From sequence record PP418985.1: a stretch of 64,000 nt of DNA, one strand, 5' to 3'. Under the pieces are notes generated by a model that did not search any database, was not told the DNA's origin, and saw nothing but the letters and a program-made list of their open reading frames with translations. Below, piece by piece: positions 46,295 to 55,659 of this stretch; position 1 is the stretch's first letter; every line of letters starts with the position of its first letter. The stretch is from Escherichia phage UPWr_E1. The translations under genes were made by a program, and so were the position numbers.

Positions 46295-46513
46295 ATGAAA
46301 TTTACTTGCACCGACTCTATCAACAAACACTTTGTAGTAGGCGAAGTATACGAATCTACTACCATTCGCCAGCGTGACCTGATGGGTCGCCTTTACAATC
46401 AGCCAGTATTCATTATTGGCGAAGAATTGTTCTACATTGAAAACCGTCCGTGGGTTGCTTTCAATAAACGAGGACGCAAGGTAGCAAAATTCGAACTTGT
46501 CATTAAAAAGTAG
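46295..46513 (+). CDS. Hypothetical small early protein
   Basis: Promoter 46232-46261 upstream; paralogous C-terminus with 18309-18515. Confidence 0.45.
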   Translation: MKFTCTDSINKHFVVGEVYESTTIRQRDLMGRLYNQPVFIIGEELFYIENRPWVAFNKRGRKVAKFELVIKK

Positions 46514-46542
46514 TTGACAGCATGAAACGGGGGTAGTAATAT
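46514..46542 (+). promoter_or_regulatory. Sigma70-type early promoter with -10 inside a hairpin
   Basis: TTGACA-17-TAATAT; GGGGGTA/TACCCCC; near-identical to the 46232 copy. Confidence 0.6.
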
Positions 46543-46583
46543 ACCCCCATCGAAACGAAACTAACTTACTAAGGAGTATCAAG

Positions 46584-46982
46584 ATGATTAAATTTCAAAC
46601 TCGCAAAGACGTTCTGGATTTCGTTAAAGTTTTCGGTTACGCTGCATTGCAACATGCAATGGACAAAATGACCATCTCCCCAGATCAGACTATGCTGATC
46701 CGTATGGTTAAAGCAACCGCCTACAAAAACGACATTACCCTCTCAGAAATCAACGACGGTAATACTGTCCGCGAGGTAATTGTTTCTTTCGAATCACCGA
46801 AAATTGGCGGTTTTCATACCACGATGTTAGGTGAAATCACTGTCACTGTATACGGGCAAGGTGGAGGAGTGTTTACCGTCAAAGAAGCAATGGAAAACGG
46901 AACACTGAACAAAGAAAAACTGGAATTTGTCCTGAAAATCATCAAGGAGCGTAACGAAGCTCGCGATATTCTGGAAAGTTAA
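46584..46982 (+). CDS. Hypothetical protein
   Basis: 132 aa; promoter 46514-46542 upstream; terminator downstream. Confidence 0.45.
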   Translation: MIKFQTRKDVLDFVKVFGYAALQHAMDKMTISPDQTMLIRMVKATAYKNDITLSEINDGNTVREVIVSFESPKIGGFHTTMLGEITVTVYGQGGGVFTVKEAMENGTLNKEKLEFVLKIIKERNEARDILES

Positions 46983-46989
46983 TAAGGTG

Positions 46990-47015
46990 GGCGGGAGAAA
47001 TCCCGCCTTTGTTGT
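46990..47015 (+). terminator. Rho-independent terminator
   Basis: GGCGGGA-GAAA-TCCCGCC followed by TTTGTTGT. Confidence 0.65.
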
Positions 47016-47032
47016 GACGTGAGGAAAGGATA

Positions 47033-47494
47033 ATGATTAATGAGCTAATAGAAAACTATGGATTCGTTAAATATTCATGTTTAGAGTGTAAAGATGGTGA
47101 TGTGATTCTACCGCCTCAGAAGAACCGTTTAAATGTTCTTTACGCTATTGTGGTTGCTGATGAACTGGTATATATTGGTCAGACTGTTAATCTCAGAAAG
47201 CGGATCAATTATTACCGGACTAGCATTAACAGACAGACACCAACGGCGGATACTCGCAAGAGTAAGAATATTCATAAGGCGCTAGAGGAAGGGAAGACAG
47301 TAACATTCTATTACCGCCAGTGCTTTGAGTTGTACATAGAGAATCCAACGGGTAAAGATATTATAAGCACTGCCGATATCGAAGAACCTGTTTTGATCAC
47401 CAAATTTAAACCAGAATGGAACACAAATTATGTCAACAAAAGAAAACAACAAAAAAGTTTTAGCATTGTTCAAAAATCTGATGGCACTATGTGA
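47033..47494 (+). CDS. denA: Endonuclease II (GIY-YIG family, DenA-like)
   Basis: GIY-YIG motifs LVYIGQT and RKRINYY; positioned between nrdB and rnlA as in T4. Confidence 0.7.
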   Translation: MINELIENYGFVKYSCLECKDGDVILPPQKNRLNVLYAIVVADELVYIGQTVNLRKRINYYRTSINRQTPTADTRKSKNIHKALEEGKTVTFYYRQCFELYIENPTGKDIISTADIEEPVLITKFKPEWNTNYVNKRKQQKSFSIVQKSDGTM

Positions 47495-48599
47495 CGGATC
47501 TGATACGTTCTATTACAAAGATGAAATTACGGCGATGCAAACCCGTATGCGCATTTTTAGCTATCTGTACTTGAGCAAACCGGAAATGTGGAATAAACCA
47601 GATGCGTTAGAGTGTCGCGGGATCATGTTTGAAATTGACGATAAAGGTCGTCCGGTCCGAATTGCATCTCGTCCTATGGAGAAGTTTTTTAATTTGGGTG
47701 AGAATGATCGCGCTCGCTTTAAGCCGGAAGATGTGGAAATGGTCATGGACAAAATGGACGGTAGTCTAGTAAGCACATACATTGATAACGGCTATGTTCA
47801 GTTGAAGTCTAAAGCGGCCTTGTACTCAAGCCAGGCAGAGAGAGCAAACGGTCTTCTGTATTCAGAGAAGTATGCGGATCTACGCGCTAAGATCGCCGAT
47901 ATTGGATCTGATTATACTTTCAACTTTGAATATACAGCACCCAGCAACCGAATTGTTGTAGAATATTCTGAACCGTCGCTAACACTTCTGAATGTACGAC
48001 ATAACGTCACAGGAGAGTATGTACCGCATCAAATGCTATTTGCTGATGCAATCCTACGTCCTCATCTGGTAAATGCGTTACAGGTTGATTCAGCGCGGTT
48101 TAGCAATATTCTTGATGAAGTTCGGGTGGCGGAAGGTATCGAAGGAATTGTTGCACGCACTAAAGACGGTCAAATGTTCAAGGTGAAGAGTGAATGGTAT
48201 ATTGGTGTGCATAACATTAAAAACACATCGATGTTTCCTAATAACCTGATCTACTATGTCGTAGAAAGTGAAACCGATGATTTGCGTGCTGCATATGAAG
48301 GCGAACCGGAAGCACTGGAACGAATTGAGCTATTCGAGGAAGCATTCAGGTCTATTCTTCGCAATGCTTTCACGACGGCAACAGAATTTTATAACGCACA
48401 CGCGGGAGAAGACAGAAAGACATATGCATCCAATGCGACTATCGAATCACGTAAACATGGTGATGCACAAGCATATATTTTCATGTGTCTGATGATTGCA
48501 TTTGATGGTCTTGATTATGACCGTATTCTGGCTTCAATGAAAACTTACTATCTACGGAATTATAAGAAACTGATTCCGGCTGATAAGATTGATTGGTAA
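47430..48599 (+). CDS. rnlA: RNA ligase 1 (gp63/RnlA)
   Basis: 389 aa; LECRGIMFE, VRIASRPMEKFFNLGEN, KMDGSLVS (KxDG nucleotidyltransferase), DRKTYA match T4 Rnl1. Confidence 0.9.
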   Translation: MSTKENNKKVLALFKNLMALCDGSDTFYYKDEITAMQTRMRIFSYLYLSKPEMWNKPDALECRGIMFEIDDKGRPVRIASRPMEKFFNLGENDRARFKPEDVEMVMDKMDGSLVSTYIDNGYVQLKSKAALYSSQAERANGLLYSEKYADLRAKIADIGSDYTFNFEYTAPSNRIVVEYSEPSLTLLNVRHNVTGEYVPHQMLFADAILRPHLVNALQVDSARFSNILDEVRVAEGIEGIVARTKDGQMFKVKSEWYIGVHNIKNTSMFPNNLIYYVVESETDDLRAAYEGEPEALERIELFEEAFRSILRNAFTTATEFYNAHAGEDRKTYASNATIESRKHGDAQAYIFMCLMIAFDGLDYDRILASMKTYYLRNYKKLIPADKIDW

Positions 48600-48605
48600 T
48601 AATAA

Positions 48606-48630
48606 GCGGGGCTAGTTCCCCGCCTTTTGT
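48606..48630 (+). terminator. Rho-independent terminator after rnlA
   Basis: GCGGGG-CTAGTT-CCCCGC followed by CTTTTGT. Confidence 0.65.
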
Positions 48631-48644
48631 CGTTGGGGGGTAAT

Positions 48645-48968
48645 ATGTCAAAGCTGATATACATTGTTATCATATCTGTGTTGCTGGGGGTAGGTGGCAA
48701 TATGTGGTGGGAAAATAAAAAGGAGGTAGAACGACTGAATCAGGAATTTACAGAGTATAAGAAAAAGACAGATGAGAAGATGAAGATTGTAGACTCGCTA
48801 CAAAAGGAGATGTACGGAATAAGAACTAAGTTTGCCGAAGAACAAAACAAAGCAATGAAAGACGCTACACGAGGCTATGTAGTAGCACAAAAACCCAAGT
48901 TGGTAGAGAAACAGCTTAATGATTCATTTAAGGAGTTTACCGAAGAATTAAAGGAGGCTACTAAATGA
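48645..48968 (+). CDS. Putative i-spanin (inner-membrane spanin subunit)
   Basis: N-terminal TMD LIYIVIISVLLGVGG then charged coiled-coil periplasmic domain; same position as T4 pseT.3. Confidence 0.55.
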   Translation: MSKLIYIVIISVLLGVGGNMWWENKKEVERLNQEFTEYKKKTDEKMKIVDSLQKEMYGIRTKFAEEQNKAMKDATRGYVVAQKPKLVEKQLNDSFKEFTEELKEATK

Positions 48969-49084
48969 GCATAGAAATATTGCCTACACAAGAGCAGATA
49001 AGCAATTTTAATCTGGTTGATTATCTGGGGATAGGCGCAAGCATTATTATCCTGATGGTGTTTTCAATTTTCGTGATACACTGG

Positions 49085-49417
49085 ATGTTTAAGAAAGCGC
49101 ATAAGAATTTTCAGACCGCCATAATCCATGTCTTCGCTGTACCTATTGTATTTGCTCTTTCTTCGTGTACAATGGACCATTATTCACAGGAACCGAAATT
49201 ACATCCTCCACTACCAGCACCAATAGAAAAAGTTGACATTGACCTGAAAGTGGATACAATAGACGGTAAACCTAGAGTTTCTATGTCGTGGGAGGACTCC
49301 CAAAAATTTAGAGTCTGGTTGGCTGATATTAAGAGATATACACTTGAAAGTAAGTTGATCATGTGTTATTATCGCAAAGAACTTAATGAGGAACGGTGCA
49401 AACCGAAGGAGAAATAA
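49085..49417 (+). CDS. Putative o-spanin (outer-membrane lipoprotein); start uncertain
   Basis: Internal Met followed by lipoprotein-type signal peptide KK-hydrophobic-LSSC lipobox; the track ORF 48965-49417 extends upstream. Confidence 0.45.
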   Translation: MFKKAHKNFQTAIIHVFAVPIVFALSSCTMDHYSQEPKLHPPLPAPIEKVDIDLKVDTIDGKPRVSMSWEDSQKFRVWLADIKRYTLESKLIMCYYRKELNEERCKPKEK

Positions 49418-50295
49418 TGCCGAAATGTGAAGTGATTTTAACCGTTGGTTGTTCTGGGTCCGGTAAAACTACATGGGCTATGGAAACATGTAAACGGTTT
49501 AGTAATTATCGTAATGTGAATCGTGATGATCTTCGTCTTATGTTGTTTGGTGTTGACTCACTTTTGAAATACAAATATACTAAGGAAAAGGAAAAGTTGG
49601 TAGAGTCTATTCAGAGAATGATTGCTCGTGAGACTCTATCACGCGGATTAAGTATCATTATCTCTGATACTAACCTGAAAGAAAAACATCGTGTATTCTA
49701 CAAAGAACTTGCAAAAGAATTTAACGCAGTGTATACTGAACAAGTGTTCAATGAATCATTTGAGACACTAAAGAAACGTAATTTCTATCGCGGTGAGAAA
49801 GCAATTCCACTTTCCCATCTGCGCAACCAATTTTATCTGATGCAGGAATATATGGGTCAAGAAGTATACAAACCGAATACCATGCTACCGAAAGCGGTGA
49901 TCTTTGATATTGATGGAACATTAGCGGATAAGGGCGGTCGTCATCCGTTTGACTGGACAAAGGTCAAAGAAGATAAACCGCGTCCGCAAGTGATCGAAAT
50001 GCTTAAACTGTATCGTGATAATGGTTATCGTATAATTACATGTTCAGGGCGTGAGGATGTTTGCGAAGAAGATACTCTGCAATGGCTGCGTGAACAAGGT
50101 ATTGAACCTAGCGATCACTTCCAGCGTGAAACTAATGATCGACGTCCAGACCATGAAGTGAAGAAAGAGATCTTCTTCTCGGAAATTGCACCGCGTTATC
50201 ATGTTGTTTTGGCGGTAGATGACCGTGATCAAGTGGTTGACATGTACCGCTCAATTGGTGTAGAATGTTTTCAGGTTAACTACGGAGACTTTTAA
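49417..50295 (+). CDS. pseT: Polynucleotide 5'-kinase/3'-phosphatase
   Basis: Start moved to MPKCEVIL; kinase P-loop GCSGSGKTTWA; phosphatase DIDGTLA; C-terminal VECFQV. Confidence 0.9.
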   Translation: MPKCEVILTVGCSGSGKTTWAMETCKRFSNYRNVNRDDLRLMLFGVDSLLKYKYTKEKEKLVESIQRMIARETLSRGLSIIISDTNLKEKHRVFYKELAKEFNAVYTEQVFNESFETLKKRNFYRGEKAIPLSHLRNQFYLMQEYMGQEVYKPNTMLPKAVIFDIDGTLADKGGRHPFDWTKVKEDKPRPQVIEMLKLYRDNGYRIITCSGREDVCEEDTLQWLREQGIEPSDHFQRETNDRRPDHEVKKEIFFSEIAPRYHVVLAVDDRDQVVDMYRSIGVECFQVNYGDF

Positions 50296-50498
50296 TGTTT
50301 ACCGATAAACTCAAGCAATTAGGCGAAGCACTTGCTAAACGTGGTTTTAATGTTGAAATTGAACCAGCACCAGTTAACCCGTTTAGTGATGAGCGTCGCA
50401 GTGTATATGTCATTATGAGCAATAATCATGGTGTGAATACATTCAATGTAAAACAGTATAGCGACGGATCAGTAGAATACTTTCGCGTATACGGTTAA
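50295..50498 (+). CDS. Hypothetical protein
   Basis: 67-aa ORF. Confidence 0.4.
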   Translation: MFTDKLKQLGEALAKRGFNVEIEPAPVNPFSDERRSVYVIMSNNHGVNTFNVKQYSDGSVEYFRVYG

Positions 50499-50519
50499 TT
50501 AATATGTGAGGATTATATT

Positions 50520-51026
50520 ATGTTGTCACAGACTTACATGCAGATCGCCTATCTGATCGCAAAGAACTCTAAATGTGTTTCGTGGAAGGTAGGCGCACTA
50601 ATTGAAAAAGACGGGCGAATCATTTCTACTGGATTTAATGGCACTCCAGCAGGGCAAGTAAATTGTAGCTGTCATGCACATAAAAGCGGTTGGCTGGATG
50701 ATGAAGGTAAAATGATCCCAGAAAAACGACCAGAACATAGTGCATGGTCACAGAAAAACGAGATCCACGCTGAATTAAATGCTATTTTGTTTGCTGCCCG
50801 TAATGGTGTATCGATTGAAGGCGCTAGTATGTGGTGTACTGCTTCACCTTGTCCAGATTGCGCTAAAGCAATTGCAAACAGTGGTATTAAACATCTATAC
50901 TATTGCGATACATACGACCGAAATGGTGGGCGTGATTGGGCTGATATTTTGGATAAAGCCGACATTACGGTTACGCGTATTCCAAAAGCATTATTGACTG
51001 ATTTGAAGGGTATTGATAATGACTGA
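50520..51026 (+). CDS. cd: dCMP deaminase
   Basis: Zinc-binding HAELNA...PCPDCAK deaminase signature; SD GTGAGGATT. Confidence 0.85.
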   Translation: MLSQTYMQIAYLIAKNSKCVSWKVGALIEKDGRIISTGFNGTPAGQVNCSCHAHKSGWLDDEGKMIPEKRPEHSAWSQKNEIHAELNAILFAARNGVSIEGASMWCTASPCPDCAKAIANSGIKHLYYCDTYDRNGGRDWADILDKADITVTRIPKALLTDLKGIDND

Positions 51027-51333
51027 ACAAATTGATAATATCGCACTTCGTGAAGCACTAAAGAAAATGTTTGCTGTAGGTACTCACTCTTTACAGTTTA
51101 CTAAGAAAGATGGTACTGTCCGTGACATGATCGCTACGCGAGATCCGGCGCTAATGCCTTTCGAAACATACGAAAAATGGTTAGTGCCGAATGCTGAAAA
51201 ACCGCGTAAAGAATCAGAAACATCGTTGCCAGTATATGAAATTGCAGTTGAAGGTTTTCGTAGCTTTGGTCTTGATAACCTGATTCATGTAGACGGATTG
51301 ACTCCAGCGCAGATCGTCGAAATTTATAAATAA
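51013..51333 (+). CDS. Hypothetical protein
   Basis: 106-aa ORF overlapping cd stop. Confidence 0.4.
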   Translation: MIMTEQIDNIALREALKKMFAVGTHSLQFTKKDGTVRDMIATRDPALMPFETYEKWLVPNAEKPRKESETSLPVYEIAVEGFRSFGLDNLIHVDGLTPAQIVEIYK

Positions 51334-51373
51334 TCCATTATTTTATTGTATTGATTTGAAGAGGTAAGAAATT

Positions 51374-51697
51374 ATGACCGTTAAGACTCCTAAAGCACTT
51401 GGTGACTATGTGATCATTGAAGCTAAAGCAGAAAGCGCAGGGACCGAAGTAAAAAGCTCTATGGGGATCATTATTGAGCAAAAGCGCACTATGGGCGAGA
51501 TTCCTTTAGTCGGTAAGATTATTGATATCGGTGATAACGTTGATAAAGAATTGCTGGGCAAGACTGTATTGCTTCCTCATGGGAAACTTAATAAAGTTCC
51601 TCATCCAGACGTTATTAACGGCGTTAAGAAGGAAGAAGAGATCGACCTGAAATGGACTGTAACGCACAAACAGAATATTGTGGTAGTTTACGGTTAA
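51374..51697 (+). CDS. 31: Co-chaperonin (gp31-like, GroES analogue)
   Basis: 107 aa; GroES-like beta pattern with KVPHPD; terminator downstream. Confidence 0.75.
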   Translation: MTVKTPKALGDYVIIEAKAESAGTEVKSSMGIIIEQKRTMGEIPLVGKIIDIGDNVDKELLGKTVLLPHGKLNKVPHPDVINGVKKEEEIDLKWTVTHKQNIVVVYG

Positions 51698-51708
51698 TGA
51701 TTTTAAAC

Positions 51709-51735
51709 GGCGGGAAATAATCCCGCCTATATTTT
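51709..51735 (+). terminator. Rho-independent terminator after gene 31
   Basis: GGCGGGA-AATAA-TCCCGCC followed by TATATTTT. Confidence 0.6.
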
Positions 51736-51779
51736 GGCTATATGATTTTGTAAGTTATTGATTATTAAGGAATTTTATT

Positions 51780-51944
51780 ATGAAAACTATGAATGTAAAC
51801 ATCCACGAAATCCATACCGAAGTATTCACCGAAGAAGACCAGTTTGGTGTATGGGTAAATCCTCATTCGATTACTATCGATATTCCTAATGACGATTATG
51901 ATCCGTTCTCTCTGATTAGCGAGATTAGTTTCAATGACTTCTGA
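51780..51944 (+). CDS. Hypothetical small protein
   Basis: 54-aa ORF read by hand. Confidence 0.3.
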   Translation: MKTMNVNIHEIHTEVFTEEDQFGVWVNPHSITIDIPNDDYDPFSLISEISFNDF

Positions 51945-52413
51945 AATTGATATCTATGCGGGTGGACCTTATCCATCGGGTGAATTGAGTAATTTCAATA
52001 AAAGACCATTCCGTCTATTTGGTTGCGATATTAACAGCACAGAAGGATTTTTACAGGGGCTAAGATTTAAGAACCCTCAGAGACAAAGAGAAATCTTTTT
52101 GATGCACGGTGGCAAAGCAAAAAGAACCGGAAGAACTGAAAAGATTGAGAATCACATGTTATATTTTCAGGGTCGCCAGATTCATCGAATGAGTGAGCAT
52201 TATTACAGACTGGTACATCTGGCATTTGTTACGATGGCACGGAATAACCCAGAATTTTGTAAAGCATTACTCGCTACAGGAAATAAGAAATTACGTCATA
52301 GTATAGGTGGAACTGATCCGTTAAAGACCATATTGACCGAATCGGAATTTTGTAGTATCCTCAATGATATTCGTGAACGTTTAACAAAACGAGGTGAAAA
52401 TGTCAATTCTTAA
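51934..52413 (+). CDS. NADAR (YbiA/DUF1768-like) domain protein
   Basis: 159 aa; GELSNFNKRPF...STEGFLQGLRFKN...GGKAKRTGR...MSEHY...LLATGNKKLRHS pattern of NADAR. Confidence 0.55.
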   Translation: MTSEIDIYAGGPYPSGELSNFNKRPFRLFGCDINSTEGFLQGLRFKNPQRQREIFLMHGGKAKRTGRTEKIENHMLYFQGRQIHRMSEHYYRLVHLAFVTMARNNPEFCKALLATGNKKLRHSIGGTDPLKTILTESEFCSILNDIRERLTKRGENVNS

Positions 52414-53896
52414 TATCATTAATCAGCTTGCAGCAACAGACAAAACATCTCTGAAAGAAAAGATTCTGAAAGAATCTGCAAGCAATGAAACACTGAAAGA
52501 ATGCTTTTATCTGGCATATTGCAAACAGGTTACGTTTGGCGTAAAGAAATACGATAAACCATCGCGTTATTCGTCTGTATTGTCTTTATCTGGTGCATTA
52601 CAGGTCTTTAAAAATAAACTTGCCACGCGTCAAGTAACTGGTAATGCAGCATTACAGCTAGTTACCGATACTCTGACTTGCTTGTCAGAAGATGATGCTA
52701 AAGTTGCAATGATGGTCCTGAATCGCGATCTAGAATGCGGTTGTTCCGCTACCACTGCAAACAAGGTATGGAAGAAACTGATCCCCCAGCAACCATGCCA
52801 CCTTGCATCGTCATATTCTGATAAGGCTATTGCTAATATCAAATATCCGGCATATGCACAACTTAAAAGTGATGGCGCTCGTGGTATGGCTGATATTGAC
52901 GGGGAAACATTAGCAATCTATACCCGTTCAGGTAATACCTATCAGGGACTTGATGATTTGTTTGCTGTTTTAGAGCGTCTACGAGGCCGTGGAATTGTTC
53001 TAGATGGCGAATTGGTATATATGCCTACCCTTTCGCAAACACCAGCGCAGAACTTCGTTGAAAGCGTTTATGATGGTACTCTGTCATGGATATTTGAAGA
53101 AGAGGAAATGCCATTAACGCCAGTAGCGGAAGCAGTAAAAGAATCCGTTGTTGCAGATCGTCAGACCGGAAATGGTATCCTCAACAAATCACTGAAAGGA
53201 ACTATTCCAAAAGAAGAAGCCCAATGTATTGTTTACACTGTCTGGGATGTTATCGACCGTGATGTGTATTACGGAAACGAGAAAGCAACGAAGCAATATA
53301 AAGATCGATTCGAAGAACTAAAACAGATTGTTGAAGAACTTAACGATCCTCGTGTGCAGATAATCGAAAATACTGTAGTTAACAATATCGATGAAGCTCG
53401 CGAAGTATATCATCGCTATGTAAACATGGGCTTAGAAGGTATTATCCTTAAAAATTTACATGGTGTATTTGAAGATCGTCGCAGTAAAGATCAGGTTAAA
53501 TTTAAAGAAGTGATTGACTTCGACGCGGAAATTGTTGATGTATATCCGCATAGTAAAGATCCTAATAAGGTAGGCGGTTTTACTGTCCGTAGCGCGTGCG
53601 GACGAATGATGACTAACACCGGATCGGGATTGACAGACACCACAACCGAAAAAGGTGATGATGGTATCGAACGTGTGATTCCGTTAGATCGTCGAAATGA
53701 ACTTGACCGAGAAATGTTATGGGCTGACCGTCATAACCTGATTGGAAAAGTCATCGAGATGACATGCAACGGGTATATCCGCAGCAAATCACGTAAAGAA
53801 GATGAACCGGAGTTCTCTTTATTTCTCCCGATCATCAAACGTATTCGCTACGACAAGACCACTGCAAATACAGTAAAAGAGGTATTCGATGTGTGA
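52394..53896 (+). CDS. 30: ATP-dependent DNA ligase (gp30-like)
   Basis: 500 aa; adenylation motif I QLKSDGARG (KxDGxR), motifs EGIILK and downstream OB region. Confidence 0.9.
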   Translation: MKMSILNIINQLAATDKTSLKEKILKESASNETLKECFYLAYCKQVTFGVKKYDKPSRYSSVLSLSGALQVFKNKLATRQVTGNAALQLVTDTLTCLSEDDAKVAMMVLNRDLECGCSATTANKVWKKLIPQQPCHLASSYSDKAIANIKYPAYAQLKSDGARGMADIDGETLAIYTRSGNTYQGLDDLFAVLERLRGRGIVLDGELVYMPTLSQTPAQNFVESVYDGTLSWIFEEEEMPLTPVAEAVKESVVADRQTGNGILNKSLKGTIPKEEAQCIVYTVWDVIDRDVYYGNEKATKQYKDRFEELKQIVEELNDPRVQIIENTVVNNIDEAREVYHRYVNMGLEGIILKNLHGVFEDRRSKDQVKFKEVIDFDAEIVDVYPHSKDPNKVGGFTVRSACGRMMTNTGSGLTDTTTEKGDDGIERVIPLDRRNELDREMLWADRHNLIGKVIEMTCNGYIRSKSRKEDEPEFSLFLPIIKRIRYDKTTANTVKEVFDV

Positions 53897-54365
53897 TAAT
53901 GAAGGGGCGAAAGCCCCTAAACCTAAAAAATTGTCAAAGAAAGAGCAACGCCAGATCCTGAAAATGAAATACGGTGGACGTTGTGCCTATTGTGGCGAGG
54001 AACTAGGGGATCGCTGGCACGCAGACCACATCAAACCAGTATTACGACGCTCAAAAGTAGTCTATGATGAAAATGGACGAATTGCCCGTAATGATGATGG
54101 ATCGTGGAAGTATAAGGTTGTAGGAATGCATAAACCGGAGCATGATATACTTGATAACATGAATCCGGCGTGTGTGCAATGCAATCTTTATAAAAGCTGT
54201 ATGGGCTTAGAATACTGGCGTAAGTGTATACGCGAGAACTTCCAGAAGTACATTCAGCGCAATATGGGATTGCGAGCGGCTAAACGCTTTGGCTTACTGT
54301 CAATCCACGATCAGCCAGTAGAATTTTATTTCGAAAAGTACGAGCGCGAGCATCAAGAAAAATAA
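53889..54365 (+). CDS. HNH endonuclease
   Basis: CAYCGEELGDRWHADHIKP ... NMNPACVQCN: HNH with zinc-binding cysteines; overlaps ligase stop. Confidence 0.7.
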   Translation: MCDNEGAKAPKPKKLSKKEQRQILKMKYGGRCAYCGEELGDRWHADHIKPVLRRSKVVYDENGRIARNDDGSWKYKVVGMHKPEHDILDNMNPACVQCNLYKSCMGLEYWRKCIRENFQKYIQRNMGLRAAKRFGLLSIHDQPVEFYFEKYEREHQEK

Positions 54366-54378
54366 TTCAAAAAAGTTG

Positions 54379-54407
54379 TTGACAGGGGATCACCGATCCC
54401 CTATACT
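54379..54407 (+). promoter_or_regulatory. Sigma70-type early promoter with palindromic double-GATC spacer
   Basis: TTGACA then GGGGATCACCGATCCCC then TATACT. Confidence 0.6.
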
Positions 54408-54441
54408 ACACACATACCGAAACGAACTAGGAGAATCAATT

Positions 54442-54621
54442 ATGAACTTCAACGAAATCATCGCTAAAATCCGCTACAACGAAGAAACCATTGAACTGAT
54501 GCAAAACAATATCACCAATGGCTATATGATTGCAGCGTCACAAGAAATCATTGATTTGACAGTAGCAGAAAATGCTCAGTTGAAACATCAACTTTCTACG
54601 GCTGGCGTGATTGTGATGTAA
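54442..54621 (+). CDS. Hypothetical small early protein
   Basis: 59 aa; start moved to ATG after promoter 54379-54407 and SD AGGAGAATCAA. Confidence 0.4.
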   Translation: MNFNEIIAKIRYNEETIELMQNNITNGYMIAASQEIIDLTVAENAQLKHQLSTAGVIVM

Positions 54622-54640
54622 TTTAACGAGAGGTAACTAA

Positions 54641-54907
54641 ATGAAGACAGTAAAAGATATCGTAGACAATCGCAAAGATGCAGTGGGTAAAATTTTTCAA
54701 TTACCAGAATCACCGATTGGACTTATTATCTACGTAACAGAAGATGATGTGTATGCTATTTGGAACGGCAACGATACATTCCACCCAGGAAACGGTCATC
54801 TGATCAATACTATGGAAGGTGAAGAACCACAACCAGTACACTTACTGGCACACAGTGTCACTATCGACGAACTGGAAGATGCAGCTAAACATATTCGGAG
54901 CATGTAA
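54641..54907 (+). CDS. Small protein, HxHW-family paralog (divergent)
   Basis: LIIYVTEDDVYAIW...GNGHLIN...HSVTIDELEDAAK. Confidence 0.45.
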   Translation: MKTVKDIVDNRKDAVGKIFQLPESPIGLIIYVTEDDVYAIWNGNDTFHPGNGHLINTMEGEEPQPVHLLAHSVTIDELEDAAKHIRSM

Positions 54908-54908
54908 C

Positions 54909-55229
54909 ATGGCAAAAGTTCAGGTAGGTGAAGTATTCAAAATGGCGGACCATACCGTAGAAGAGATGAAAGGTGCGGTACTGAAAGCAACCAATTCTAT
55001 GATGCGTAGTGTCCTTTACATCAACTTTATCGATGGTGATGTGTGGTGGGCTAGCGATAGTTGCAAATGGGATGAAGATTGTAACTTGGTTATCAAGTTC
55101 GGCAAAGGTCATAATCACTGGCTAGGAACAGAGGATGTTGTAGAAGTGCTGGCGGTTGATATTATGCCTAGCGAGATCGATAATCTTACTGGAACTGCAA
55201 ACGAAGTATTGACACGACATTTTGTGTAA
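54909..55229 (+). CDS. Small protein, HxHW-family paralog
   Basis: Start moved to MAKVQ; GKGHNHWLGTEDVVEVLAVDI. Confidence 0.45.
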   Translation: MAKVQVGEVFKMADHTVEEMKGAVLKATNSMMRSVLYINFIDGDVWWASDSCKWDEDCNLVIKFGKGHNHWLGTEDVVEVLAVDIMPSEIDNLTGTANEVLTRHFV

Positions 55230-55286
55230 TGTAATATAACAATCATTGGGAGGGGCAATACTCTCCCACAAATTGAGGATAATATT

Positions 55287-55589
55287 ATGGAACGTACCAA
55301 TTTGTTTGTAACCGAACCTTTCGTTGAAGGCAACAAGAACCTTGCTAATACGGTTATTCTTTACGAAGATTGGATCTTTTACATCGATGAGAATTTAGAT
55401 GTATATTGTCGTCCAACTCCAAATGACTCATTCTATATCGAAGAAAACGATACCCATAATCATTGGTATGACGGAAACGACGAAACCGATCTTGCTATTG
55501 TTCTCGAATCCGGCGTAGAATCGGAACATGCCGATGAAGTAGCAGACAAATTTATGAAATACGCATATAAAGATAAAGATGAAGAATAA
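55287..55589 (+). CDS. Small protein, HxHW-family paralog
   Basis: DTHNHWYDG...DLAIVLESG; acidic C-terminus. Confidence 0.5.
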   Translation: MERTNLFVTEPFVEGNKNLANTVILYEDWIFYIDENLDVYCRPTPNDSFYIEENDTHNHWYDGNDETDLAIVLESGVESEHADEVADKFMKYAYKDKDEE

Positions 55590-55596
55590 AAAGTTG

Positions 55597-55625
55597 TTGA
55601 CAGGGGATCGGTGATCCCCTATAAT
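55597..55625 (+). promoter_or_regulatory. Sigma70-type early promoter with palindromic double-GATC spacer
   Basis: TTGACA then GGGGATCGGTGATCCCC then TATAAT. Confidence 0.65.
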
Positions 55626-55659
55626 GCACACATACCAACGAGATATAGGAGAATCAAAA

